From assembly GCA_025351455.1 (NCBI GenBank), contig JANXVW010000264.1:1-49326 (forward strand): 49,326 bases of DNA. The letters run 5' to 3'. The position numbers were made by a program, and so were the translations under genes. A model generated the notes under the pieces. That model was not told the DNA's origin, did no database searches, and worked only from the letters and a program-made list of their open reading frames with translations. The DNA comes from Betaproteobacteria bacterium (GTDB taxonomy: Bacteria > Pseudomonadota > Gammaproteobacteria > Burkholderiales > JACQAP01). Each line of letters begins with the position of its first letter. Positions within the stretch are counted from its first letter, which is position 1. This document shows, piece after piece, positions 9,978 to 19,019 of the stretch.

Positions 9978-11747
9978 ATGCCTATCGCCGCCGCCCGATC
10001 ACGACCTGAAGCTCTGCACAATCGGCCACGCGTGACGAGTCCGTTAATGCAGCATGGCGTGATTGCGCAGGCAAACGCGCGTCCGGAAGCCTGGGCGCTG
10101 GCATTCAAAGGCACCCGCATGACCTACGGCGCGCTGGAGGAAACATCCAACCGGCTCGGCCACCTGTTGAAAGACGCAGGCTGCGGCCGCGGAGATCGGG
10201 TCGGCCTGCTGATGCCGAAAATGCCCGCCGCGATCGTCGCCATGCTCGGCGTATTGAAAGCCGATGCGATCTACGTGCCGATGGATCCGGCAAGCCCCGC
10301 GGAGCGGCAGGCGCGGGTGCTTGAAATCAGCGACTGCCGCTGCATTCTCGCCGCCGGCCCCGTTGGTCCGGCCCTGCACGATGCCTTGGCGGCTGCGACG
10401 CTTCGCCAGCAACCCATCATCGGCTGGCTCGACGACAGCCCGCCACCGCAAGCCACTCCCGCACCGGCATTCTGCCTGCGCGATCTCGCCGCCTTTGCGG
10501 CGACCTGCCCGGTATCGGCCAATGGCGGTGACGACGTCGCACACATCCTGTTCACGTCGGGATCCACCGGATTGCCCAAGGGGGTGATGATCAGCCACGG
10601 GGCCGTGGTGAATCTCATCGAATGGGGGCGGGCCTACTTCGGCATCACCCGCACCGACCGGGTCTCCCAGCATCCGCCTTTGCGTTTCGACGTATCCACA
10701 TTCGACATTTTCGGCACGCTGTGCTCCGGCGCGGAACTTCACCTTGTTCCCGCGGAGTTGAATCTCCTGCCGCACAAACTTGCGCAGTTCATTCGCGATG
10801 CGCGGCTTACGCAATGGTTCTCCGTGCCATCGGTCCTCAACCTGATGACCAACTTCGATGTCGTGCGCCAGGACGATTTTCCCGCCTTGCGCGAGGTCCT
10901 GTTTGCCGGAGAAGCGATTCCCACACCCACCGTGATCCATTGGATGCGCCGGCTGCCGCATGTACGTTTTACCAATCTGTACGGTCCCACCGAAACGACC
11001 ATCGTAAGCAGCTACTATTCGCTCCCGCGTTGCCCTTCCGACGAGCGTGAACCGATTCCCATCGGGACTGCCTGCGCCGGCGAGGAACTGCTGGTCCTGG
11101 ACGATCAGTTGCAGCCCGTGGTCGACAACGAAATCGGCGAGCTCTACATTCGCGGTGTGGGCCTGAGCCCGGGTTACTGGCGCGATCCCGAAAAGACGCA
11201 ACGCGCCTTCCTGCCCTGTCCCGGCGCGACTGACCCCGGCGAACGCATGTACAAGACCGGCGACCTGGTGCGCCGGTCTTCGGATGGTCTCTTGCATTTC
11301 GTGGGCCGCGCCGACACGCAGATCAAGAGCCGCGGTTATCGCATAGAGTTGGGCGAGATCGAGGCGGCGCTGCATGCGGTTTCCGACCTGCAGGAAAGTG
11401 CCGTGCTGGCCATCAAGTCTGAAGGCTTCGAAGGCTGGCTGATTTGCTGCGCGTATGTACCGGCCGCGGGCAGGACAATCTCTCTGGTTGAATTGCGCAA
11501 GCGCGTGGCCGCGCTGGTGCCCGGCTACATGATTCCGGCCCGCTGGCTATGCCTGGACGTCCTGCCCAAGAACGAGAACGGCAAGATCGACCGCCCCGTA
11601 TTGAGAAACCATTTTCTCGGCGCCGAAGCCGGTTTGGCAACCTCCCGCACAGAGGAAGCGCCCACAGAGGAAGCGCCCCTGGCCGGGGCGCTGCACGAGA
11701 CGCACAACATGATGAATCCGCATCCAGGGAGAATGGCAAGTGACTGA
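9978..11747 (+). CDS. Stand-alone amino-acid adenylation domain protein (DltA/NRPS-A-like)
   Basis: A3 'ILFTSGSTGLPKG', A4 'FDVS', A5 'NLYGPTE', A7 'YKTGDL', A8 'GRADTQIKSRGYRIELGEIE', A10 'NGKIDR'. True start may be slightly downstream. Confidence 0.92.
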   Translation: MPIAAARSRPEALHNRPRVTSPLMQHGVIAQANARPEAWALAFKGTRMTYGALEETSNRLGHLLKDAGCGRGDRVGLLMPKMPAAIVAMLGVLKADAIYVPMDPASPAERQARVLEISDCRCILAAGPVGPALHDALAAATLRQQPIIGWLDDSPPPQATPAPAFCLRDLAAFAATCPVSANGGDDVAHILFTSGSTGLPKGVMISHGAVVNLIEWGRAYFGITRTDRVSQHPPLRFDVSTFDIFGTLCSGAELHLVPAELNLLPHKLAQFIRDARLTQWFSVPSVLNLMTNFDVVRQDDFPALREVLFAGEAIPTPTVIHWMRRLPHVRFTNLYGPTETTIVSSYYSLPRCPSDEREPIPIGTACAGEELLVLDDQLQPVVDNEIGELYIRGVGLSPGYWRDPEKTQRAFLPCPGATDPGERMYKTGDLVRRSSDGLLHFVGRADTQIKSRGYRIELGEIEAALHAVSDLQESAVLAIKSEGFEGWLICCAYVPAAGRTISLVELRKRVAALVPGYMIPARWLCLDVLPKNENGKIDRPVLRNHFLGAEAGLATSRTEEAPTEEAPLAGALHETHNMMNPHPGRMASD

Positions 11748-12030
11748 CGACCACGCAATCATCGGGCGCCTTGGCACCCTGTTCACCGCATGCTTCCACA
11801 TCGAAGTCCCGTCTCCGGATACCGATCTTCTCGAGTCGGGAATCCTGGATTCGCTCCAGTTCGTGGAGTTGCTCGTGCAGCTCGAGCAGAACTTCAACCT
11901 GCGCATCAAGATCGACGACATCGATCTGGAAGATCTGCGCACGCTTGCGCGCATCGCCCGGTTGGTGGACGCGAACCGCGAGGCCGCGCGTCCTTCGACA
12001 CTGCAGCACCCGTCAAGCGCCGCCGATTGA
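11740..12030 (+). CDS. Acyl/aminoacyl carrier protein (DltC-like)
   Basis: 96 aa; phosphopantetheine site 'DLLESGILDSLQFVEL'; overlaps the A-domain stop. Confidence 0.9.
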   Translation: MTDDHAIIGRLGTLFTACFHIEVPSPDTDLLESGILDSLQFVELLVQLEQNFNLRIKIDDIDLEDLRTLARIARLVDANREAARPSTLQHPSSAAD

Positions 12031-12094
12031 AGCCAAGCGCCGCGACGGATCGCAGGAATGCAACAGCAAGTCGCATGCGCAGGAACGTGACCCG

Positions 12095-13240
12095 ATGCGA
12101 TCCGACCCTCCCGAACAGCTAGCTCGCCGCACCAAGACGGACGCTGCCATCGCGACGATTCGCGTTTTCACCGAGGACGATGTCCCCGCCGCCGCCGCCC
12201 TGTTCGCCCGCGTCTACCCGGAATACCGCTGGCGCTCGCAGGATGCGTGCGAATCTTATTTCCGGGAGATACTGTTCGAGAATCCGTGGCGTGACCCGGA
12301 TATTCCTTCTTGGGTGGCGCAGGAGAATGGCCGGCTATCCGGCTTTTATGCCGTGCTGCCGCGGCGGATGCTGCTGCACGGCCGCCCGATTCGCGTAGCG
12401 GTGGGCTGCCAGTTCATGATGGCGCCCGACAACCGCAACAGCCTGGCGGCGCTGCAGCTGACGAAAGCCTGCATTTCCGGCCCCCAGGATCTCACGCTTG
12501 CCGATGGCGCGAACGCGCAGGCCCGGCGCATGTGGGTCGCAATCGGCGGGGTCGCACCCCTGCTGTATGGCCTGCACTGGACCCGGCTGCTGCGACCCGC
12601 GCGCCACGCGTTTTCCCTGCTGCAGGGACGGGGCGCAATAGCGCCTGCTGTCGCGCTAGCCGCCCGTCCGCTGTGCGCGGCCGCCGACGCGCTGTTCGCC
12701 CGTCTGCCGCCAAACCGTTTTCTGCGCGACCCACGGGATTTCTCCGGGAGCGCGCCGGACCCGGCGGCGATGCTGTCGCATTTTTCCGACTTCACGGGCG
12801 GCAGCGCGCTGCGCCCGGAATACAACGCCGGCGCGCTCGCCTGGTTGCTGGATCAGGCGGCACGCAAGAAGCGCCATGGTGAACTGCGCTCGCGCGCCGC
12901 ACTCGGCAGCAAGCGGCAACTGATCGGCTGGTATCTCTATTACCTGAATGCCGGCGGCGTGAGCGAAGTCGTGCAGATCGCGGCACGCGACGGCTGCTTC
13001 GACCAGGTATTGCAGCAGCTGATGGCCGATGCCTGGAGAAACGGTGCGACGGCGCTGCACGGTCGAGTCGAACCGCGCTTCCTGCAGGAACTCTCCGACC
13101 GCCACTGCTGGTTCCGACGAGAGGGCCCATGGACACTGATCCATTCCCGCCATGCCGAAATCGTGGCCATCATCCAGCAAGGCGACGCATTTCTCAGTCG
13201 CCTGGAAGGCGAATGGTGGCTACGCTTTCAGGGCGGATGA
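12095..13240 (+). CDS. Tandem GNAT-fold acyltransferase (FemAB-like)
   Basis: 'IRVFTEDDVPAAAALFARV', 'LFENPW...SWVAQENGRLSGF', and a second GNAT half 'LIGWYLYY'. Start reassigned to ATG 12095. Confidence 0.7.
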   Translation: MRSDPPEQLARRTKTDAAIATIRVFTEDDVPAAAALFARVYPEYRWRSQDACESYFREILFENPWRDPDIPSWVAQENGRLSGFYAVLPRRMLLHGRPIRVAVGCQFMMAPDNRNSLAALQLTKACISGPQDLTLADGANAQARRMWVAIGGVAPLLYGLHWTRLLRPARHAFSLLQGRGAIAPAVALAARPLCAAADALFARLPPNRFLRDPRDFSGSAPDPAAMLSHFSDFTGGSALRPEYNAGALAWLLDQAARKKRHGELRSRAALGSKRQLIGWYLYYLNAGGVSEVVQIAARDGCFDQVLQQLMADAWRNGATALHGRVEPRFLQELSDRHCWFRREGPWTLIHSRHAEIVAIIQQGDAFLSRLEGEWWLRFQGG

Positions 13241-14430
13241 TCCGGCAAGGCCCGGCACGAGGGTTGTCCGGGTCTGCCCACAAGGTCGTAGTCGTCGAGT
13301 CCGATGAGGGACTTTGCGATCACGTGTCGGCCTGGCAAGACCTTGCCGACCACGCCCTGGAGGCCAACGTGTTTTATGAACCCTGGCTATTGATGCCAGC
13401 ATTAAAAAATCTGCACCCGGGAACGCCGTTGCGTCTGGTCTTCATTTACGAGCCCGCTTCGCCGGGAACGGCCGGCGCATCGAAGTTGTGCGGTTTTTTT
13501 CCCCTGGAACCGGATTCGCGGTTTCGCAATCTGCCGATCCGGGCGTGGCGCCTGTGGAAACACATTCACTGCTTCCTCTGCACACCGCTGATCCGATCCG
13601 ATCGCGCCAGGGAAACGCTTGCGGCCCTGCTGCAATGGGCGGGTGGCGAGGGGCGTGTTCACCTGCTGGATTTTTCCCATGTCCGCGGCGATGGCCCCTT
13701 CCACGACTTGCTGGTCACGCACGTCAAGGAAACCGGAACGAGGCAATATGTCACGAACAGATTTGTGCGGGCCTTGTGGAAAGCCGGCGAGGGGCTCGAT
13801 GATTATCTGCAGAACACTTTGTCCCCTGGCGTACGCAAGGAATATCGCCGGCAACGAAAACGCCTCGCGGAGCTGGGTCGGCTCGAGTTCCGTACATTGC
13901 GCGAAGGCGCGGAGGTGGACGATTGGCTCGAGGAATTTCTGGGCCTCGAAGCCAGTGGGTGGAAAGCGCGCGAAGGACAGGCACTGGGATTGAGTTCCAG
14001 CCAGCGCAGCTTCGTGCTGGCAGCGGCACACCTTGGATTTGCACGCGGTCAGGTGTTTCTGCAGGGGCTATATCTGGATGGGCGGCCCGTGGCCATGTTG
14101 TTGAGTTTTCTGGCAGGCGGTGGAGGCTTTGCATTCAAGATCGCCTACGACGAGACACTGGCCAAATATTCCCCGGGGGTCCAGCTGATGCTCGATATCC
14201 TGGGTTGCCTGCATTCCGACTCGCGCTTTGCCTGGATGGATTCCTGCGCGGAGCCCGATCATCCGATGATCAACCGGTTGTGGAAGGATCAAAAAGTCAT
14301 CGAGTCCGTACTGGTCTCGACCGGGAATCGCCTCGGCGACGTGGCGGTATCGGTTTTCCCGGCGGCCCGGCGTCTGGTCCGGCTGCTTCGCGAACTCAGA
14401 AGTACCACTGCACTCTATGCCTTACGCTGA
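13237..14430 (+). CDS. GNAT family acyltransferase (CelD/BcsL-like)
   Basis: 'ALEANVFYEPW', 'FLGLEASGWK', 'FKIAYDE..AKYSPGVQL', 'DSCA.PDHPM'. ATGA overlap with the upstream gene. Confidence 0.85.
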   Translation: MIRQGPARGLSGSAHKVVVVESDEGLCDHVSAWQDLADHALEANVFYEPWLLMPALKNLHPGTPLRLVFIYEPASPGTAGASKLCGFFPLEPDSRFRNLPIRAWRLWKHIHCFLCTPLIRSDRARETLAALLQWAGGEGRVHLLDFSHVRGDGPFHDLLVTHVKETGTRQYVTNRFVRALWKAGEGLDDYLQNTLSPGVRKEYRRQRKRLAELGRLEFRTLREGAEVDDWLEEFLGLEASGWKAREGQALGLSSSQRSFVLAAAHLGFARGQVFLQGLYLDGRPVAMLLSFLAGGGGFAFKIAYDETLAKYSPGVQLMLDILGCLHSDSRFAWMDSCAEPDHPMINRLWKDQKVIESVLVSTGNRLGDVAVSVFPAARRLVRLLRELRSTTALYALR

Positions 14431-15337
14431 ACTCAAACAGGACGCGACGTCCGTCCGCGCGTCGACCGGAACACCGGCAACCGGGCTCCTCGACATCGAT
14501 CCGGTGACCTTCCGGGGATGTTTTGATCGCAGGCCATTTCTGATCGGCCATGCATTGACGAATCATCCGTTGTTCGAGATTTCTCGTCTGATGCGGCTGT
14601 GCCGGAGCCTTCCCGAATCCAGCGTCGAGTACAACGCGGGAAACATTCCGATCAGCGTGGATCCGAAAAGAACGCCGGGCAACGGGCTCAGCGCCGAGGA
14701 AACAATCCGCCGCATTGCGCAGTGCAGGTCCTGGCTGGTGCTCAAGTACGTCGAGCAGGATCCGGAATATCGGGCGCTGTTGCACGACTGCCTGGCGGAG
14801 GTAGCCTGGCAGTCCGAATCGCTTCGGCCGGGCATGTTCCTCGAGCAGGGCTTCATCTTCCTCAGTTCGCCAGGGTCAGTGACGCCTTATCACATGGACC
14901 CGGAGCATAATTTTCTTTTGCAGATTCGCGGCAGCAAACGCATTCACATGTTCGACGGGCGCGACCGCTCGGTGCTCTCGGAGGAGGAACTCGAGCAGTT
15001 CTACCGTGGCGGCCACCGCAACCTGGCCTATCCGACGAACGGCAACAGACGGGGTTGGACCTTTGACCTGAGCCCGGGCTTCGGCCTGCATTTCCCGGTG
15101 ACCGCCCCCCATTATGTGAGGAACGGCGAGGAGGTCTCCGTTTCCTTCAGCATTACTTTTCGCACGCCGGACCTGAAACGACGCCGGCTCGTACACATCG
15201 GCAATGCCTTTCTGCGACGGCGCGGATTTCGCCCCCGCCCTGCCGGGATGCATCCCCGGTACGATTTTCTGAAATATCTCGCCTTCGGAGCCATCAGCCG
15301 GATTCATCAATTCTTCGGCGGGGGTGGCCCCTCGTGA
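14417..15337 (+). CDS. JmjC/cupin-like Fe(II)/2OG oxygenase-family protein
   Basis: 'FIFLSSPGSVTPYHMDPEHNFLLQIRGSK' (HxD) with a distal His in 'APHYVRN'. Confidence 0.8.
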   Translation: MPYAELKQDATSVRASTGTPATGLLDIDPVTFRGCFDRRPFLIGHALTNHPLFEISRLMRLCRSLPESSVEYNAGNIPISVDPKRTPGNGLSAEETIRRIAQCRSWLVLKYVEQDPEYRALLHDCLAEVAWQSESLRPGMFLEQGFIFLSSPGSVTPYHMDPEHNFLLQIRGSKRIHMFDGRDRSVLSEEELEQFYRGGHRNLAYPTNGNRRGWTFDLSPGFGLHFPVTAPHYVRNGEEVSVSFSITFRTPDLKRRRLVHIGNAFLRRRGFRPRPAGMHPRYDFLKYLAFGAISRIHQFFGGGGPS

Positions 15338-15586
15338 CGCGGCTCGGTGTCCAACAACAATGGTGTGAAGAAGAGCCGGGATGTTTCCGTCGGTAGTGTT
15401 CCCCCGGTGCCTCGGTGTGTTCGCCTGCGTTGCCGGTTTCGCTTTGCCCGTCGCCGCCGCGTCGGACGGACATCTCATTGACAGCGCTGCTCCCGGCAGT
15501 CCGGGGCTCGCCTCGGATCCGGTGTTTACGGCATTGGCCTCGCTGCCAGGACGACGCACACCTTGAAGATCACGGTCACCGTCCAA

Positions 15587-16066
15587 TTATCCGCCGTACT
15601 CCCACGGCGCGTCCGCGACGGTGAGCGGCCTTACGTGGTTACCGCATTCGGCTTCGACCACGCCCAGAATCACCATGGCATGATCGCCGTCGGCGTCCAG
15701 GATCCGCTCCACCCGGCACTCCACATACGCAGGGAGGTTCGCCAGCACGGGGGCGCTGGTCCTGCCTTGCGCAAACGGTTCACCGTTTATCGTCCCGCGC
15801 TCCGCGCGTGTCGGGTAGAAGAACGTCCGCGCGATATCGAGCTGCTCATCCCCGACAATATGCAGGACCGCAGTCCGGCTGACGGCCAGGCATTTGAACA
15901 CGTTGCTCTCTCTGCGCACGGCCGCCATGATCAGCGGCGGCTTGAAGGACACCTGCGAAACCCAGGTCACCGTCGCCGCGCCGTAATGATCGTCGCTGCG
16001 CGAGGTCAGCACATAGACGCCGTTGGACAGCATCCGTAGCGTCTTCTGCCTGACTTTCTTGTCCAA
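15587..16066 (-). CDS. Flavin reductase family protein
   Basis: 'LSNGVYVLTS', 'TVTWVSQVSFKPPLI', 'YVECRV...GDH'. Confidence 0.9.
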   Translation of the reverse strand: MDKKVRQKTLRMLSNGVYVLTSRSDDHYGAATVTWVSQVSFKPPLIMAAVRRESNVFKCLAVSRTAVLHIVGDEQLDIARTFFYPTRAERGTINGEPFAQGRTSAPVLANLPAYVECRVERILDADGDHAMVILGVVEAECGNHVRPLTVADAPWEYGG

Positions 16067-16071
16067 GCCCG

Positions 16072-16737
16072 TTACCCCTGCCGAGCGTCTCGTTGCGCTC
16101 CGGCTTCGGCGGTTGCCGGACCCCCGCGCGAGTCTGACCCGATGTGCGGTTCGCCGGCCACGCGAAGTTCTTCATGTTTTCCCCGGACGGCCTGCCGGGG
16201 CGCACGCTGACCGCCCGGCCGTCGATCGCCTTCGCTACTTTCGTGCTCACTGGCCAGGAGATCGAACAGCAGCCGATCGTAAGCCTGGCCATCGATGAAG
16301 TGGCATTGACGCTGCCGGCCAATCGGGCGGAAGTTCAGGCGCTGGATGAGGCGAAGCGACGGATTGCCATCCACGACCCAGGTATTGATGGTCTCGAGAC
16401 CGAGATCGCGGAATCCCAGGGTCAGGACTTTCGATGCAGCCAACGTTCCAAGGCCGCGGTTGCGGAAGACTTTATCGCCCTGCGCTCCCCACAGCGTCGC
16501 GCTTTTGAAGTTCAGGTCCACGCTGTTCAGACCGCAGATACCGATCGGCGTCTCGTCCCGGTCGGACGTATACGCCCGCATGAAATGCGTAGGCCGCTGG
16601 GCCATGATTTTGAGCAGCGTGGGCGTGACGACCTGCCGGCCGTTGCCGAAGTCGAGCCACTGATGGTTTTCTTTCTGGGCCAGCCAGCCCGCCACCAGTT
16701 CGAGGATTTCCGGATTGTCCAGAGGTAGTAGTTTCAT
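16072..16737 (-). CDS. RimJ/RimL-type GNAT acetyltransferase
   Basis: 'PIGICGL', 'FRNRGLGT', 'GFRDLGL', 'N.S.RL..RLNFR.IGR.R'. Start ATG 16737 overlaps the upstream GT stop (ATGA). Confidence 0.8.
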   Translation of the reverse strand: MKLLPLDNPEILELVAGWLAQKENHQWLDFGNGRQVVTPTLLKIMAQRPTHFMRAYTSDRDETPIGICGLNSVDLNFKSATLWGAQGDKVFRNRGLGTLAASKVLTLGFRDLGLETINTWVVDGNPSLRLIQRLNFRPIGRQRQCHFIDGQAYDRLLFDLLASEHESSEGDRRPGGQRAPRQAVRGKHEELRVAGEPHIGSDSRGGPATAEAGAQRDARQG

Positions 16738-18056
16738 ATCGTCGTGTCTCCACTGGTGGCCTCGAGTCCCGTCGCGGCGAGGTTGCGCGGTCCTGTCGCG
16801 GCCGGATGCGCGTTGCCGGAAACCGCCTCGTCGCCGCCAAGCGGCCGCGCCGGCGAGGATTCGGCGGCGGATCGCGACAGCGCGGCGTACGCAGCGAGAA
16901 GTTTGGGCACTTCGTAACTCCACTCCAACTCATCGGTCACCCGTCTGCGTCCGAACTTTCCCATCTGCGCGCGGCGCGCCGGGTCGTCGAGCAATTCGAC
17001 AATCTTGTCGGCAAAATCCATCGCGTCATTCTTTTTTGCGTAAAGCGACGCCTGTTGCGCGGATACGCGTCCCTCGGCCAGGTCGAACTGCACGATGGGT
17101 TTTCCCAGCGCCATGTACTCCATGATCTTGTTCATGGTGGACTTGTCGTTCATGTCATTGGCAATGTCCGGATTGACGCAGACGTCGGCGGTATTGAGCA
17201 TCGCCAGCATCTCGCGGTCCGGCAGCCTTCCGGTGAAAGTCACAAAGTCGGCAATCCCCAGTTCAACGGCGCGGGTCTTCATTTGTTCGAGCGACGTGCC
17301 GCCCCCGACCAGTCCGAACTGGATATCGCTGCGCCCGAGTTCGTGCACGATATGGGAGACCGCGCGCAGCAGGTAATCGATCCCCTCCTGCTTGCCCATC
17401 ACCCCGACGTAGCCCACCAGGTAGCGGCGCCCGCGCTTCAACCGCTCATCGGCTGGAACGATCTGCAGGCGATCGAGGCACGGCCCGCTGCGCACCACGA
17501 AAACCCGGTCGGAAGCCATGCCGCCGCGGTCGATCGCGATACGCCGGTAGGATTCGTTGGTGGCGATCGACACGTCAGCCGTCCGGAATGTCCAGTACTC
17601 GAGTGCCAGCATCAGGCGATAGAAGAAATCGCGCCGGCCGAACTTCGCCTCATAAAGTTCCGGATTGAGATCGTGATGATCGAACACGAACTTCTTACCC
17701 AACAGCTTGAAGAAGCCGCCGATCAGGAAAAACAGGTCAGGCGGATTGCATGCATGGATGACGTCGAATCCACGGGTGAGGAACACCCGCCAGGAGAGCA
17801 GGAAGGTCGAGACGAGCGCAATCGTGTACTCCAATGCATACCCGGCTGCGCCTGAAGCTTCGATCGGCAGGTTGTAGCGGTAGATGTGGATGCCGTCGAT
17901 CGCCTCAAACTTGCGCTCGTAACCGCGTCCCGTCGGGCAGATGATCGAAACGACATAACCCGCGTCGCGCAGCGCGCAAGCCTCCTGCCAGACACGGCGA
18001 TCGAACGGGCTGGGCAGGTTCTCTACCAGGATCAGTACGCGTTTCAAGGGCAGCAT
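16734..18056 (-). CDS. GT4 glycosyltransferase (WbuB-like)
   Basis: 'ENLPSPFDRRVWQE', 'HACNPPD', 'GYVGVMGKQEG', 'NKIMEYMALGKPIVQFD'. Confidence 0.9.
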   Translation of the reverse strand: MLPLKRVLILVENLPSPFDRRVWQEACALRDAGYVVSIICPTGRGYERKFEAIDGIHIYRYNLPIEASGAAGYALEYTIALVSTFLLSWRVFLTRGFDVIHACNPPDLFFLIGGFFKLLGKKFVFDHHDLNPELYEAKFGRRDFFYRLMLALEYWTFRTADVSIATNESYRRIAIDRGGMASDRVFVVRSGPCLDRLQIVPADERLKRGRRYLVGYVGVMGKQEGIDYLLRAVSHIVHELGRSDIQFGLVGGGTSLEQMKTRAVELGIADFVTFTGRLPDREMLAMLNTADVCVNPDIANDMNDKSTMNKIMEYMALGKPIVQFDLAEGRVSAQQASLYAKKNDAMDFADKIVELLDDPARRAQMGKFGRRRVTDELEWSYEVPKLLAAYAALSRSAAESSPARPLGGDEAVSGNAHPAATGPRNLAATGLEATSGDTTI

Positions 18057-18080
18057 GGAATACGCCTGATTTGTCGTTGG

Positions 18081-19001
18081 TCAGCCATCCCGGGGCCTCA
18101 TCGCCGCAACGCGCAGGCCGAGCAGCGCCCGCATCGGGCCGGTTTGCGCAATGGTTTTGCCGTACCCCTGCGGAAATGCTCCGAGGATTTCCTCGAAGAA
18201 TGCAATCAGCCAGAAGGGAATGCGCAGGAAAATCCCGCGCGCGCCGGCATAGAATCGGATTCCTGAAAAGCCCGCACTGGCGAACAGCCGCCGAATGTCC
18301 CGAGCGTTGTATTCGATCAGGTGAAAGCCGGTCGCGACCTGGTCGAAATACTTTGAAACGTCATGCGGCCCGTACACGCGGTTGGGCGTAATGCACACGT
18401 AGACGCCACCGGGGGCAAGACTGCGGTAGATATTGTGCAGTTGTTCCCGCACGTCATCCGGGTGCAGATGCTCCATGAGCTGATTGCTGACGGCGACATC
18501 GACGCTGCCCTCCGGCACCGGGATGCTGCATCCGTCCGACAGCACCAGGCTCAGGTTGGCGGGGCAGGAAACGCCCCGGGTAATCTGTTCGGACACATCA
18601 ATGGCGTACACCCGCTTCACGAACGCCGCGGCACAGATTGCCAGCGCGCAATCCCCCGCGCCGACCTCCATCAGCACGGTCGAGCGGGTCAGGAAACCAC
18701 GTATGAGCGCGAGCAGCCCATCGACCTCGCGTTGTCGGGGCGCGCCATTCGCGGCATGGAGTTGCGGATGGTGTCCCACACGGCGGAACAATTCATCGTA
18801 TACCTCGCAATAGAGGCCGGGCCGCTGCGAGCGCGGGGCGAGCCGCAGCCGGTCGGCAAGCTCGCGCTCGATCAGATAGTGCTCCTGAAGCTGCTCCGGG
18901 GTGCGCAGGTCGCCAAAGCGCTGCGCGCTGCGTTCCAAGCGAGCGGTTTGCGATTCGGTTCCTTTGCCGCCAGAGATCGGCCAGTGCCATTTGGAACTCA
19001 C
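18081..19001 (-). CDS. Class I SAM-dependent methyltransferase
   Basis: 'MEVGAGD', 'AIDVS', 'SNQLMEHLHPDD', 'LAPGG...TPNR'. GTG start with GAGGAG RBS. Confidence 0.85.
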   Translation of the reverse strand: MSSKWHWPISGGKGTESQTARLERSAQRFGDLRTPEQLQEHYLIERELADRLRLAPRSQRPGLYCEVYDELFRRVGHHPQLHAANGAPRQREVDGLLALIRGFLTRSTVLMEVGAGDCALAICAAAFVKRVYAIDVSEQITRGVSCPANLSLVLSDGCSIPVPEGSVDVAVSNQLMEHLHPDDVREQLHNIYRSLAPGGVYVCITPNRVYGPHDVSKYFDQVATGFHLIEYNARDIRRLFASAGFSGIRFYAGARGIFLRIPFWLIAFFEEILGAFPQGYGKTIAQTGPMRALLGLRVAAMRPRDG

Positions 19002-19019
19002 GAATGCTCCTCGCCTCGG

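Noticed and set aside
11648-11677. 15-bp tandem duplication (TEEAP x2) in the A-domain tail
   Set aside because: In-frame slippage in a disordered C-terminal tail; probably neutral.
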